Below the pieces are notes generated by a model. The model was not told the DNA's origin. It saw nothing but the letters and a program-made list of their open reading frames with translations, and ran no database searches. Both the position numbers and the translations under genes were made by a program. A stretch of 64,000 nucleotides of DNA from a virus. Positions 12,801 through 20,100 of the stretch are shown here, piece after piece (the first letter of the stretch is position 1; each line of letters opens with the position of its first letter). Location of the stretch: positions 1 through 64,000 of the IMG/VR virus record IMGVR_UViG_3300032291_002681; one strand, given 5' to 3'.

Positions 12801-15150
12801 AACAAGTGGAACATCTGGAAGTACCGGTTCATCTGGTACAACCGGTTCTGAGGGTACGAGTGGTACTTCTGGAACGAATGGCACAAGTGGAACTTCTGGA
12901 ACGAATGGTACAAGTGGAACTTCTGGAACTTCTGGAAGTAGTGGAAGTACTGGTTCATCTGGAACATCTGGCATAAATGGCACAAGTGGAACATCTGGTA
13001 GCGATGGAACATCGGGAACATCTGGTTCATCCGGTTCTTCTGGAACTAGAGGAACATCTGGTTCAGATGGAACATCGGGTTCTTCTGGAACAAGCGGACT
13101 AGATGGTACATATTTTGGCTCATCTGGTACAAGTGGTAGCAGTGGTACATCCGGAACAAGTGGTAGTACGGGAACTGCGGGTACATCGGGTTCTTCTGGA
13201 ACAAGCGGATTAGATGGTACATATTTTGGAAGTAGTGGAACATCGGGAACAAGTGGTAGCACTGGAACTGCAGGTTCTTCTGGAACATCTGGAACATCGG
13301 GTACATCTGGAACTACGGGAACATCCGGAACATCTGGACTAGATGGTACATATTTTGGTAGTAGTGGAACATCCGGCACATCAGGAACATCTGGAACATC
13401 TGGTACATCTGGTACATCTGGTACAACTGGTTCTGATGGAACATCTGGAACATCTGGATTAGATGGTACATTCTTTGGTAGTAGTGGGACATCGGGAACA
13501 TCTGGTACATCTGGTTCGAATGGCACATCTGGTTCTACTGGAACCGATGGTACATCTGGAAGTAGTGGAACATCTGGATTAGATGGTACATTCTTTGGTT
13601 CATCTGGTACAAGTGGTGAAGCTGGTACATCTGGAACTTCTGGAGCAGGTACATCTGGAACAAGCGGAACATCTGGAAGTAGTGGAACAAGTGGAATTGA
13701 TGGAACATTCTTTGGTTCTTCTGGTACGAGTGGTGAAGCTGGAACATCTGGTACATCAGGTGCAGGAACTTCTGGAACAAGCGGAACATCGGGAAGTACC
13801 GGTAGTAGTGGAACATCTGGTTTAGATGGAACATTTTTTGGTTCATCTGGTACAAGCGGGTCATCCGGAACATCTGGAACTTCTGGAACATCTGGACAAA
13901 CCGGTACTAATGGAACTTCTGGTACTTCTGGTACAAGTGGATTAGATGGTACATATTTTGGTAGTAGTGGAACTTCAGGAACTTCTGGTACATCTGGTTC
14001 TACCGGAACTGATGGAACATCTGGAAGTAGTGGAACTAGTGGAGTTTCTGGAACATCTGGATTTGACGGTACATATTTTGGTAGTAGCGGAACTTCAGGA
14101 ACTTCAGGAACTTCTGGTACATCTGGTACATCAGGATTAGGTACAAATGGAACTTCTGGTTCAACAGGAACATCTGGATTAAATGGTACATTCTTTGGTA
14201 GTAGTGGAACATCTGGAACGAGTGGAACATCAGGAACTTCTGGTACATCTGGATTAGGTACAAACGGAACATCTGGAACAACCGGAACAAGTGGATTAAA
14301 TGGTACATTCTTTGGAAGTAGTGGAACATCTGGTACATCTGGAGCACAAGGTACTACTGGTGAGGCGGGTACTTCGGGTACTTCGGGTACAACTCCTCCA
14401 AACTTTACATCTGGTACCGCAGGAACGAGTGGACAGACTGGTACTTCGGGTACTTCAGGCACAACTCCTCCGAACTTTACATCTGGAACCGCAGGAACGA
14501 GTGGTCAAACCGGTACTTCTGGAACATCGGGTACAACTCCTCCGAACTTTACTTCTGGTACCGCAGGAACAAGTGGACAAACTGGTTCATCCGGAACATC
14601 GGGTACAACTCCTCCGAACTTTACCTCTGGAACATCAGGTACAAATGGATTTGCTTTAGCTGGAACTACTAACGATGGATTACTTACTTATTCAAACGCA
14701 CCAGTTGGCGCAGTAGTTGAAAGTAATTTAACATTTGATGGTTCTATATTAACGATAACCGGTACAACTACACAAACGGGTAACATAGGTGTTACAGGAG
14801 CAATATCGGCAACGCAAAATATAACAGCAACAACATTTAGAGAAACTTATTCTGATTTAACAACCGGTGGTAGTGTAACTTTAGATTTATCGACAGCAAA
14901 TAACTTTAGAAGACAATTTAATGGCACATCTACAATAACAATATCAAACCCACCTGCATCAAATGCATTTGGATTTACATTTACAATGGTTAATGCTGGT
15001 GGTTACGCTATAACTTGGCCTGCTAGTGTAGATTGGGTTAATGGAAGTGCTCCAATATTAACATCAATTGGTACAGATGTATTATCATTCTTTACATTCA
15101 ATGGTGGTACAACTTATTACGGATTTGTAGTTGGAAAAAATATGAGTTAA
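3808..15150 (+). CDS. Giant fibre protein (3780 aa): SGS-rich ~70 aa repeats, two cupredoxin-like domains, a ~1150 aa Gly-X-Y tract and a C-terminal fibre domain
   Basis: Repeats IASGSVTASVSPxFGF...SGSQFTGS...GxGLFxIP; GHPF...YYNCQLHxSM occurs twice; (GTS/GSS)n tract. Lies in the structural module upstream of an adhesin and a tail-fibre chaperone. Confidence 0.75.
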   Translation: MAISNLLTGRVRVVSPKNVTQDRYQFIDLSQVEPNLGVPNFSASLSGSPAIVVSDDQGNRGFVRSLDLDRATGAFTGSFTGSFTGSYYGDGRDLFNLPAARFISSGSATASFVEGNLLINTNTRVQGDLYVDDTIYAESIIVSYISSSVIYSSGSNIFGDNYTDRQQFTGSVLVSSSIIVNDITASQSITGSFTGSFFGDGRDIFNLPQATRLVTGSVTASVTPEDGFKVVSIVSGSQFTGSLFVSGNITIPSGSGFFSGSGEGLFNIPLSALNIDSLVASRIASGSVTASVSPTEGFKVLSVASGSTFTGSLFVSGNVVIPSGSGFFSGSGEGLFNIPLSALNIDSLESTLISSGSITASVSPVFGFKVQSQESGSQFSGSVNISGSLFVSPFSGSLQLASGSNYYGEGQFLRNIPRSALTEDALISTEIKSGSITASVSPVFGFKVETPFTGSQFGSQFTGSIDVSGSVKAFAFIGDGSQLTNVQAAAAPRIESGSVTASVSPNFGFRVESQISGSEFTGSIDVSGSIFIPSGSGVFSGSGAGLFDIPRSALTPDALLSNLIASGSVTASVTPQFGFRVESRVSGSEFTGSIDISGSVFIPSGSGVFSGSGAGLFDIPRSALTPDALLSNLIASGSVTASVTPDFGFRIQSIDSGSQFTGSLFVSGARGIELASGSSYSGSGARLFNIPVNAIEDLDLSKIGSGSVTASITPNNGFRVNTFSTFTGSMIISASATYFATESINPIYNVTNNGSTSYSFTGGIIGDNPTLTLVRGVTYTFNLNASGHPFWIKTIQSTGIVNAYNTGVTNNGDDNGVITFTPQVGSPNTLYYNCQLHLSMGGIINIIDGVLQKTPGVVISGSLDVSEVVRAREFTGSFSASFIQGDGAGLFNIPRSAFTGDSFRIASGSITASVSPVFGFKVESAEVGSEISGSVRVSGSVIASAVTAVSMSALNFSGSFQGDGSRLTNIVIPPLETTQIASGSVTASAAPDKGFIVKSSDFGSQFTGSVFISGSRGIEIVSGSSYSGSGARLFDIPRTALAPDALDTNRILSGSVTASVTPQFGFRVESTERGSQFSGSVFLSGSVFLRTGSFSGSGRNLFDIPVAALSDLDTSKIFSGSVTASVSPNFGFVVTSVASGSIFSGSLLVSGSSRFRMGVSASVFSGSGAGLTDIPFSALSQELFRIASGSVTASALPDRGFVVESVASGSQITGSVKITGSLTINATSGALILGSSSAYFGEGTYLRNIPRNALSEDALISTEIKSGSVTASVSPNFGFVVKSAESGSQFTGSVNISGSLLVRSGSFFIGDGRFLNNITLANLAIDSTKIFSGSATASISPSDGFKVNTHSRFDGSFIVSSSARSTPDYLIDRTIAVTNDGSNSYIIEVGLISGSNPTITLVRGLQYTIDVNAPGHPFWIKYIESTGTSNSYSSSITNNGTDSGTIVFTPPSGSPDTLYYNCQLHSSMKGTINLINELIIPAEIRLIGNTKIEGNLTASMYSGSGRGLFDIPRSAITEDSVRIASASVTASVSPDSGFLVQSVVSGSTFSGSVVVSGSMFLNFTSGALFIDSSSGLYSDGQFLRNIPRSALTEDALISTEIKSGSVTASVSPVFGFRVETGFTSSINENGVYTTQIGSRFTGSIDVSGSLFINEVSGAIYLQSSSNYYGEGRYLRNIPRSALTEDALISTEIKSGSVTASVTPDEGFRVITPFTGSQIGSQFTGSVNVSGSLIGDNLTARGFFFGDGRFITNVQAAAAPLIASGSATASVASGETFVVRTEKTGSQIGSEFTGSISVSGSILGQDITSTRFFFGDGRFITNVVASAAPFIASGSATASVANGFDFRVITAATGSEVGSEFTGSVEVSGSLKADDLTARGFIFGDGRFITNVQASAAPLIASGSATASVASGDTFRVITAPSSGSFKSQFTSSVAISGSITASLFVGDGGGLFNIPPDAIENLELAKINSGSGIAIIDPNKLDVNVPITASRFDGDGSGLFNIPPEALDDLQIDRIQSGSFEAVISPNRGLEIGTRTFVSGNLSVSGGLFVTGGNIIVSSGSSFVGDGSGITNINIANLSFETSLLQSGSAIARISPNFGFVVNTSSLIEGNLVVTNQITASNLIFSPLFTGSFLGTYNFQGVGPTASAEYDILRYDENRGYFIPQPETSLTETVSFNNVSNLTIVHNLGIRYPMVQVYATGSEDQILPGTIKSINDDTIQIVFSGLTSGHVVIGSGGSLINGTIPGDRVFGNVLSASYAITAEFAKTVAGFDSASLANLSASLSDTAQYVRNSQTASMTVGRAVSSSYALTASYVENLTGLNLTEYVRNDRTSSMTVLSASFARTASYALFAQNASNVDTSNFVQNSQTASMLVGTASLAFTASYALYALNAEGVNTASFLQVNKDSTINANLTISGSLGVSGSLILQNLPSGSSEDVVIWNSITKRLERRNIVAAVGSSGTTGTAGTAGTSGSSGTSGTSGTSGTSGSSGTSGSSGTSGEDGTSGTSGSSGTSGSSGTSGTSGTSGTSGTSGSSGTSGSSGTSGSSGSSGTSGTSGTSGTSGSSGTSGTSGSAGTSGTSGTSGTTGSEGTSGTSGSSGTSGSSGTSGSSGTSGTSGTSGSSGSGGTSGTSGSGGSSGTSGSGGTSGTSGSSGTSGTSGTSGSSGSGGTSGTSGSGGTSGTSGSGGTSGTSGTSGSSGSGGTSGSGGSSGSSGSGGTSGTSATAGTGGTSGSSGTSGSGGTSGTSGTSGTSGTSGTSGSDGVSGTSGTSGTSGTSGTSGTSGTSGSTGSSGTSGTSGTSGTSGTSGTSGEDGTSGTSGSSGTSGTSGTTGSSGTSGTSGSSGTSGSSGSSGTSGSSGTTGSSGTSGSSGTSGTSGTDGTSGTSGSSGTSGTSGSTGSSGTSGSSGTSGTSGSDGTSGTSGTSGTSGTSGSTGSDGTSGSSGTSGTSGSDGTSGTSGSAGTSGSTGSSGTTGSEGTSGTSAIDGTSGTSGTDGTSGTSGTSGTSGSTGSSGTTGSEGTSGTSGTNGTSGTSGTNGTSGTSGTSGSSGSTGSSGTSGINGTSGTSGSDGTSGTSGSSGSSGTRGTSGSDGTSGSSGTSGLDGTYFGSSGTSGSSGTSGTSGSTGTAGTSGSSGTSGLDGTYFGSSGTSGTSGSTGTAGSSGTSGTSGTSGTTGTSGTSGLDGTYFGSSGTSGTSGTSGTSGTSGTSGTTGSDGTSGTSGLDGTFFGSSGTSGTSGTSGSNGTSGSTGTDGTSGSSGTSGLDGTFFGSSGTSGEAGTSGTSGAGTSGTSGTSGSSGTSGIDGTFFGSSGTSGEAGTSGTSGAGTSGTSGTSGSTGSSGTSGLDGTFFGSSGTSGSSGTSGTSGTSGQTGTNGTSGTSGTSGLDGTYFGSSGTSGTSGTSGSTGTDGTSGSSGTSGVSGTSGFDGTYFGSSGTSGTSGTSGTSGTSGLGTNGTSGSTGTSGLNGTFFGSSGTSGTSGTSGTSGTSGLGTNGTSGTTGTSGLNGTFFGSSGTSGTSGAQGTTGEAGTSGTSGTTPPNFTSGTAGTSGQTGTSGTSGTTPPNFTSGTAGTSGQTGTSGTSGTTPPNFTSGTAGTSGQTGSSGTSGTTPPNFTSGTSGTNGFALAGTTNDGLLTYSNAPVGAVVESNLTFDGSILTITGTTTQTGNIGVTGAISATQNITATTFRETYSDLTTGGSVTLDLSTANNFRRQFNGTSTITISNPPASNAFGFTFTMVNAGGYAITWPASVDWVNGSAPILTSIGTDVLSFFTFNGGTTYYGFVVGKNMS
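4440..10130 (+). repeat. Array of ~70 aa (about 210 nt) SGS-rich coding repeats
   Basis: Near-identical DNA units 210 nt apart (e.g. 4561 vs 4771; 5401 vs 5611). Boundaries are approximate. Confidence 0.8.
11179..14649 (+). repeat. Collagen-like Gly-Thr-Ser/Gly-Ser-Ser tract 1 (9-nt period)
   Basis: GGWACWTCW-type triplets over ~1150 codons; 11 G(L/I/F)(D/N)GT(Y/F)FG interruptions and 4 GTTPPNFTS units near the 3' end. Confidence 0.95.
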
Positions 15151-15161
15151 TAATTATAGTT

Positions 15162-16064
15162 ATGAGTATAGCAAGAAAATTAATACCATCTGATTCTGCG
15201 GAAGTATTTCCGTTTGTGTTTAAAATTACAACAACAACAGCAAATACTGTATTTACAGTACCATTGGTTGATTTTGGATTATTAAAACCAAATCTTACAA
15301 TTAGTTGGGGGGATAGTACTAGTTCGCCTTTAATAACATCATCATCTTCTCCTGATAGAATCCACACTTATGTTTCTACTGGAACATATACAATTACTAT
15401 TAGTGGATTTATGCCAGGATTTTCTGTAAATAATAATGCAGCAATTAGAAATTTAATTACTGAATTGGTACAATGGGGAATTGTTGGTATTAGAACTATA
15501 AATTTTTATGGTTGTCAAAATTTAACAACGATACCTGGTAGTAGTGCAATTGATGATGTTGGTGGTTATACTGGTTTATCGGAAGTTGTCAATTTCAACT
15601 CATTTTTCCAAGCAACTAGATTAGCAAATATACCCGCTGATATATTTGATTATTCACCAAATGCAACAACATTTTCTAACTCATTTGCATCAATATTAAC
15701 ATTAACAGGTGTACCAACTGGTTTATTTGATAATGTACCACAGGCAACAACATTCGCATCATGCTTTTTTGCGTGTACGGCATTAACATCAGTTCCATCT
15801 ACTTTATTTGATTTGAATGTAAATGCAACAAACTTTTCCGGAACTTTTAGAAATTGTAGAGCATTAACTAATGTATTGCAATTTACAAATAATATAAATG
15901 CGTTAGTTTTCAATAACTGTTATAATATGAGTTCTACTTCGAACGCATTAACTGGAACTGCTCCTGAATTATGGAATAGAACACCAACGCCATCTGGAAC
16001 TGATTGTTTTAACAATTGTATAAATTTAACAAACTTCGCTTCAATACCTGCAAACTTTAAATAA
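15162..16064 (+). CDS. BspA/LRR-like surface protein, probable fibre-tip adhesin
   Basis: PKD-like start (TISWGD...HTYVSTGTYTITISG), then repeats FxxCxxLTxVPxxLFDxxxNATxF. Directly follows fibre 1. Confidence 0.65.
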   Translation: MSIARKLIPSDSAEVFPFVFKITTTTANTVFTVPLVDFGLLKPNLTISWGDSTSSPLITSSSSPDRIHTYVSTGTYTITISGFMPGFSVNNNAAIRNLITELVQWGIVGIRTINFYGCQNLTTIPGSSAIDDVGGYTGLSEVVNFNSFFQATRLANIPADIFDYSPNATTFSNSFASILTLTGVPTGLFDNVPQATTFASCFFACTALTSVPSTLFDLNVNATNFSGTFRNCRALTNVLQFTNNINALVFNNCYNMSSTSNALTGTAPELWNRTPTPSGTDCFNNCINLTNFASIPANFK

Positions 16065-16065
16065 T

Positions 16066-16509
16066 ATGTATTTACGAATTATAGATGAAACAATAAATTA
16101 TCCGTATAGTATTTCTCAATTAAGAAATGCGTATCCAAATGTAAGTTTACCGGCTGAATTAACCGATTTAGTATTAACTAATTGGGATATGTATGTAGTT
16201 ACTCCAACTCCAATGCCAAATGATTATACGAAAAATATTACCGAAGGAACTCCTATTTTAACCGATGGTGTATATTATCAAAATTGGATACAAACCGATG
16301 CATCTCAAAGTGAAATAGATTATAGATTAGAAAATCAATGGTTTATTGTTAGAGAAACTCGAAATCAATTATTGGCAGAATGTGATTGGACACAATTAAG
16401 TGATATTTCACAGACTATAAAAGATTTATGGAGTACTTATAGACAGCAACTAAGAGAAATTACAAATCAATCAAATCCTTTTAATATAGAATGGCCTGTA
16501 AAACCTTAA
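16066..16509 (+). CDS. Phage tail fibre assembly chaperone
   Basis: C-terminal motif VRETRNQLLAECDWTQLSD...WSTYRQQLREIT...IEWPVKP is typical of tail-assembly chaperones. Confidence 0.85.
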   Translation: MYLRIIDETINYPYSISQLRNAYPNVSLPAELTDLVLTNWDMYVVTPTPMPNDYTKNITEGTPILTDGVYYQNWIQTDASQSEIDYRLENQWFIVRETRNQLLAECDWTQLSDISQTIKDLWSTYRQQLREITNQSNPFNIEWPVKP

Positions 16510-16558
16510 AAGATATAATAGTTTATATTTATACCTATAACAAAATAATTAAGGTAGA

Positions 16559-16840
16559 ATGATAATACACAGTCCTATATTTTCTGGTTCTATTATTCAA
16601 GATAGGAATAATGCATTTGCTGACCTTAGTGGTTCGTTTACTGGTTCTTTAACTGGTTCATTTAAAGGTACAATTGAAGTCCAACAGGCATCATTTGCAA
16701 ATTTAAGTATAACTAATAAATTATCGGTAAGTGGTTCTTTAATAATGACAGGTTCAATGAATCTGACAGCTGGTGGATATTTGGTAGATGGGGTTAATGT
16801 AGTGGATTCGGCTATCGCATTTGCAATAGCATTAGGATAA
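16559..16840 (+). CDS. Small SGS-rich fibre-associated protein
   Basis: SGSFTGSLTGSF motif shared with the fibre 1 N-terminus; ends in a hydrophobic AIAFAIALG; preceded by TATTTATA. Confidence 0.6.
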   Translation: MIIHSPIFSGSIIQDRNNAFADLSGSFTGSLTGSFKGTIEVQQASFANLSITNKLSVSGSLIMTGSMNLTAGGYLVDGVNVVDSAIAFAIALG

Positions 16841-16853
16841 ATAAAATTAAAAA

Positions 16854-17186
16854 ATGGCAAACGCATTTAAAAATAGTATAAATAGTTCAATTGGAACAAC
16901 CGGTGTTAAAGTATATGAAACACCTGCAGCAACTTCAACAACTGTAATCGGTGTTGGAGTAGCTAATGTAAACACAACTAATATTTCAGTTAGTGTAATG
17001 GTACGAGATGTATCTGCTAACAAAGTTGCGTATGTAGTTAAAGATTCTTTAATTTTACCTGGTAGTTCTAATGTATTGGTTGGTGGCGAACAAAAATTGG
17101 TTTTAGAAACTGGAGATTTTCTCTCAGTAACATCATCTTTAGCCAACTCAGCCGATGTAATTGTTTCAGTATTGGAGATAACATAA
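16854..17186 (+). CDS. Small structural adaptor protein (110 aa)
   Basis: VYETPAATSTTVIGVGVAN...KLVLETGDFLSVTSS...VIVSVLEIT; paralog of 2795..3739. Confidence 0.65.
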   Translation: MANAFKNSINSSIGTTGVKVYETPAATSTTVIGVGVANVNTTNISVSVMVRDVSANKVAYVVKDSLILPGSSNVLVGGEQKLVLETGDFLSVTSSLANSADVIVSVLEIT

Positions 17187-17198
17187 AAGTTTTAATGA

Positions 17199-20100
17199 AT
17201 GGAATATTTAGGAGGTAACCCTAATGGTTTAAATCAACTAAGTTCAAGCTTAGTTGCGTTATTTGTGAGTGGAAGTAGAATAGCCAACTTCACATCGGAA
17301 TCGGTGAATGTAGTGGGTAATTTTACTGCCTCTGGTATCCAAACTAATTTAATAGTTGGACAGACAAATTCTCCAATATCAATAAGAGGTAATGCCGAAA
17401 TATCTGGTTCATTAGCAGTATCATCATCAATTACGGCATCTTTATTTAGAGGTGATGGTAGTGGGTTGTTTAACTTATCAGCTGGAGCTTTAGGAGACCT
17501 AAATCAAATTAAATCAGGCTCGGCAACTGCAACAATTTCACCAAATAGAGGATTAATAATAAATACTGGTGTTACAATAGATAGATTTTTAATAGTAACT
17601 GGTAGTGGTATTTTTAAAGGAGATGTAACTGTAGCTGGAAAAATAACATCAACTGAATTACATACAACTTTTATTTCATCATCGATAATCTACGCAAGTG
17701 GAAGTAACAAATTTGGTGATGCATCAAATGATAAACAAGAAATAACTGGTAGTTTATCAGTTAGTGGCTCAATGTTTGTAACTGGGGATACAATACCAAC
17801 TGATAATACAACAAACGAAGTATTAGTTCTTAACACAACAACAGGAAGAATTAGTAGAAGATTTGCAGCGGCAACTTCAGGAACTTCAGGAACATCAGGA
17901 ACTTCTGGAACATCGGGAACATCTGGTACATCTGGAACTCGTGGTACAAGTGGAACATCTGGTACATCAGGAACTTCTGGTACATCTGGAACAAGCGGAA
18001 GTGGTGGAACATCTGGTACATCTGGTACATCCGGTACATCAGGAACATCAGGAACATCAGGAACCTCCGGCACATCAGGAACTTCTGGAACTTCTGGAAC
18101 TTCTGGTACAAGTGGAACTAGAGGAACATCAGGAACTTCTGGAACTTCTGGTACAAGTGGAACTTCTGGAACATCGGGTAGTAGCGGAACATCTGGCACA
18201 TCAGGAACATCTGGAACATCAGGACAAAGTGGAACATCTGGTTCATCCGGTACGAGTGGTACAAGTGGTACTTCTGGAACATCCGGTCAAACCGGTACTA
18301 GTGGTACATCGGGAACTTCTGGTACATCTGGTACCTCTGGTAGCAGTGGAACATCTGGTAGTAGTGGTACGAGTGGTGTAAGTGGGAGTAGTGGTACGAG
18401 TGGTGTAAGTGGAAGTAGTGGTACGAGTGGTATAAGCGGCACATCGGGAACTTCTGGTACAAGTGGGTTGAGTGGAACTAATGGTACATCGGGTACAAGT
18501 GGAATAAGTGGAAGTAATGGTACTTCTGGAACGAGTGGTACATCAGGAACTTCTGGCACATCTGGATTAACTGGAGCTGGAGGTGGTAGTGGTACTGCTG
18601 GTAGTGGTGGTACATCAGGAACTTCTGGAACAAGTGGAACAAGTGGTACATCTGGAAGTAGTGGGACAAGTGGTGTGAGTGGAAGTGGAGGAACTGCAGG
18701 AACTTCTGGAACATCGGGAACAAGAGGAACTTCAGGAACTTCTGGAATTAGTGGTTCTTCTGGAACATCGGGTACATCCGGTACATCAGGTACAAGTGGA
18801 GCTAGTGGAAGTGCGGGTTCATCTGGAACAAGCGGAACTTCTGGAACTTCTGGAACAAGAGGAACTTCTGGAACATCGGGAACATCAGGAGCACAAGGTT
18901 CATCGGGCTCAGCTGGTACATCTGGAACATCCGGTACATCCGGAATTAGTGGAACTTCAGGTACTTCAGGTACTTCAGGTACATCAGGTACTTCTGGAAC
19001 ACGTGGTACATCTGGTACGAGTGGAATAAATGGCACATCGGGAACTTCTGGTACAAGTGGTGTGAGTGGTAGTAGTGGTACAAGTGGAACATCCGGTACA
19101 AGTGGAACTTCTGGTACAAGTGGTACTTCTGGTACATCGGGTACCTCAGGTACTTCTGGAACAAGTGGTTCTTCTGGAACAAGCGGTACTTCTGGAACAA
19201 GCGGTACTTCTGGTACATCTGGAGTTAGTGGTTCATCTGGAACAAGCGGTACTTCTGGAACAAGCGGCACATCAGGAACTTCTGGAACAAGCGGTAGTAG
19301 TGGAACATCTGGTAGTAGTGGAACATCTGGAGTTAGTGGTTCTTCTGGTACATCAGGAACTTCTGGTACATCAGGAACTTCTGGTACATCTGGTACATCG
19401 GGAACTTCTGGGACAAGGGGTACTTCTGGAACAAGCGGCACATCAGGAACTTCTGGAACAAGCGGTAGTAGTGGAACATCTGGAACTTCTGGTAGTAGTG
19501 GAACTAGAGGAACTTCTGGAACATCAGGAACTTCTGGAACATCAGGAACTTCTGGAACAAGCGGAAGTAGTGGTTCATCTGGATTATTATCATTAACTGG
19601 TACAACTGATAATGGTGTAATCACATTAAACGGAACTGCACCAAATGCAACCGTTGAAGCAAATTTAAGATTCGATGGTAGTACATTGACAGTAACTGGA
19701 GATGCTACAATTAGTGGTAACCTTACTGTAAGTGGTACAACAACAACGATTAATACAGAAACAATCCTATTAGCGGATAATATTATAACTCTTAACTCAA
19801 ACTTTACAACTGGAGCACCAACTGAAAATGCTGGTATAGAAGTTAGGAGAGGTTCATCATCAAATGTATCATTCTATTGGGATGAAAGTACTGATAGATG
19901 GACAGCAGATAATACTTTATCAGTAGCTGGTAACGTAGTTCTTAGTGGTACAATAGATACTGGAATTGGAGCAACTGAAGTTTATTTGATGAATCAGAAT
20001 GTTCGTACATCTGATAACGTTTCATTTAATAGAATAACATCAACAGTAGCAACTGGTACATCTCCATTAGTAGTTTCATCAACTACATTAGTATCAAGCC

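Noticed and set aside
10968-14462. 1164 aa minus-strand ORF (PEVPDVP...), plus 17690..18199 and 18287..19624
   Set aside because: These are antisense shadows of the Gly-Thr-Ser codon repeats, which lack stops in that frame. They coincide with the tracts and have no independent expression signals.
11179-14649. InaZ-type ice nucleation protein
   Set aside because: The AGYGSTxT octapeptide and 16/48-residue periodicity are absent; the period here is 3.
11179-19583. Possible CRISPR array or satellite DNA
   Set aside because: No constant repeat with unique spacers; variation is concentrated at synonymous positions, consistent with coding repeats.
11123-19596. Many alternative-frame ORFs (VVHLEHLE..., MFQKFQMY...)
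   Set aside because: Frame-shifted readings of the same 9-nt periodic repeat.
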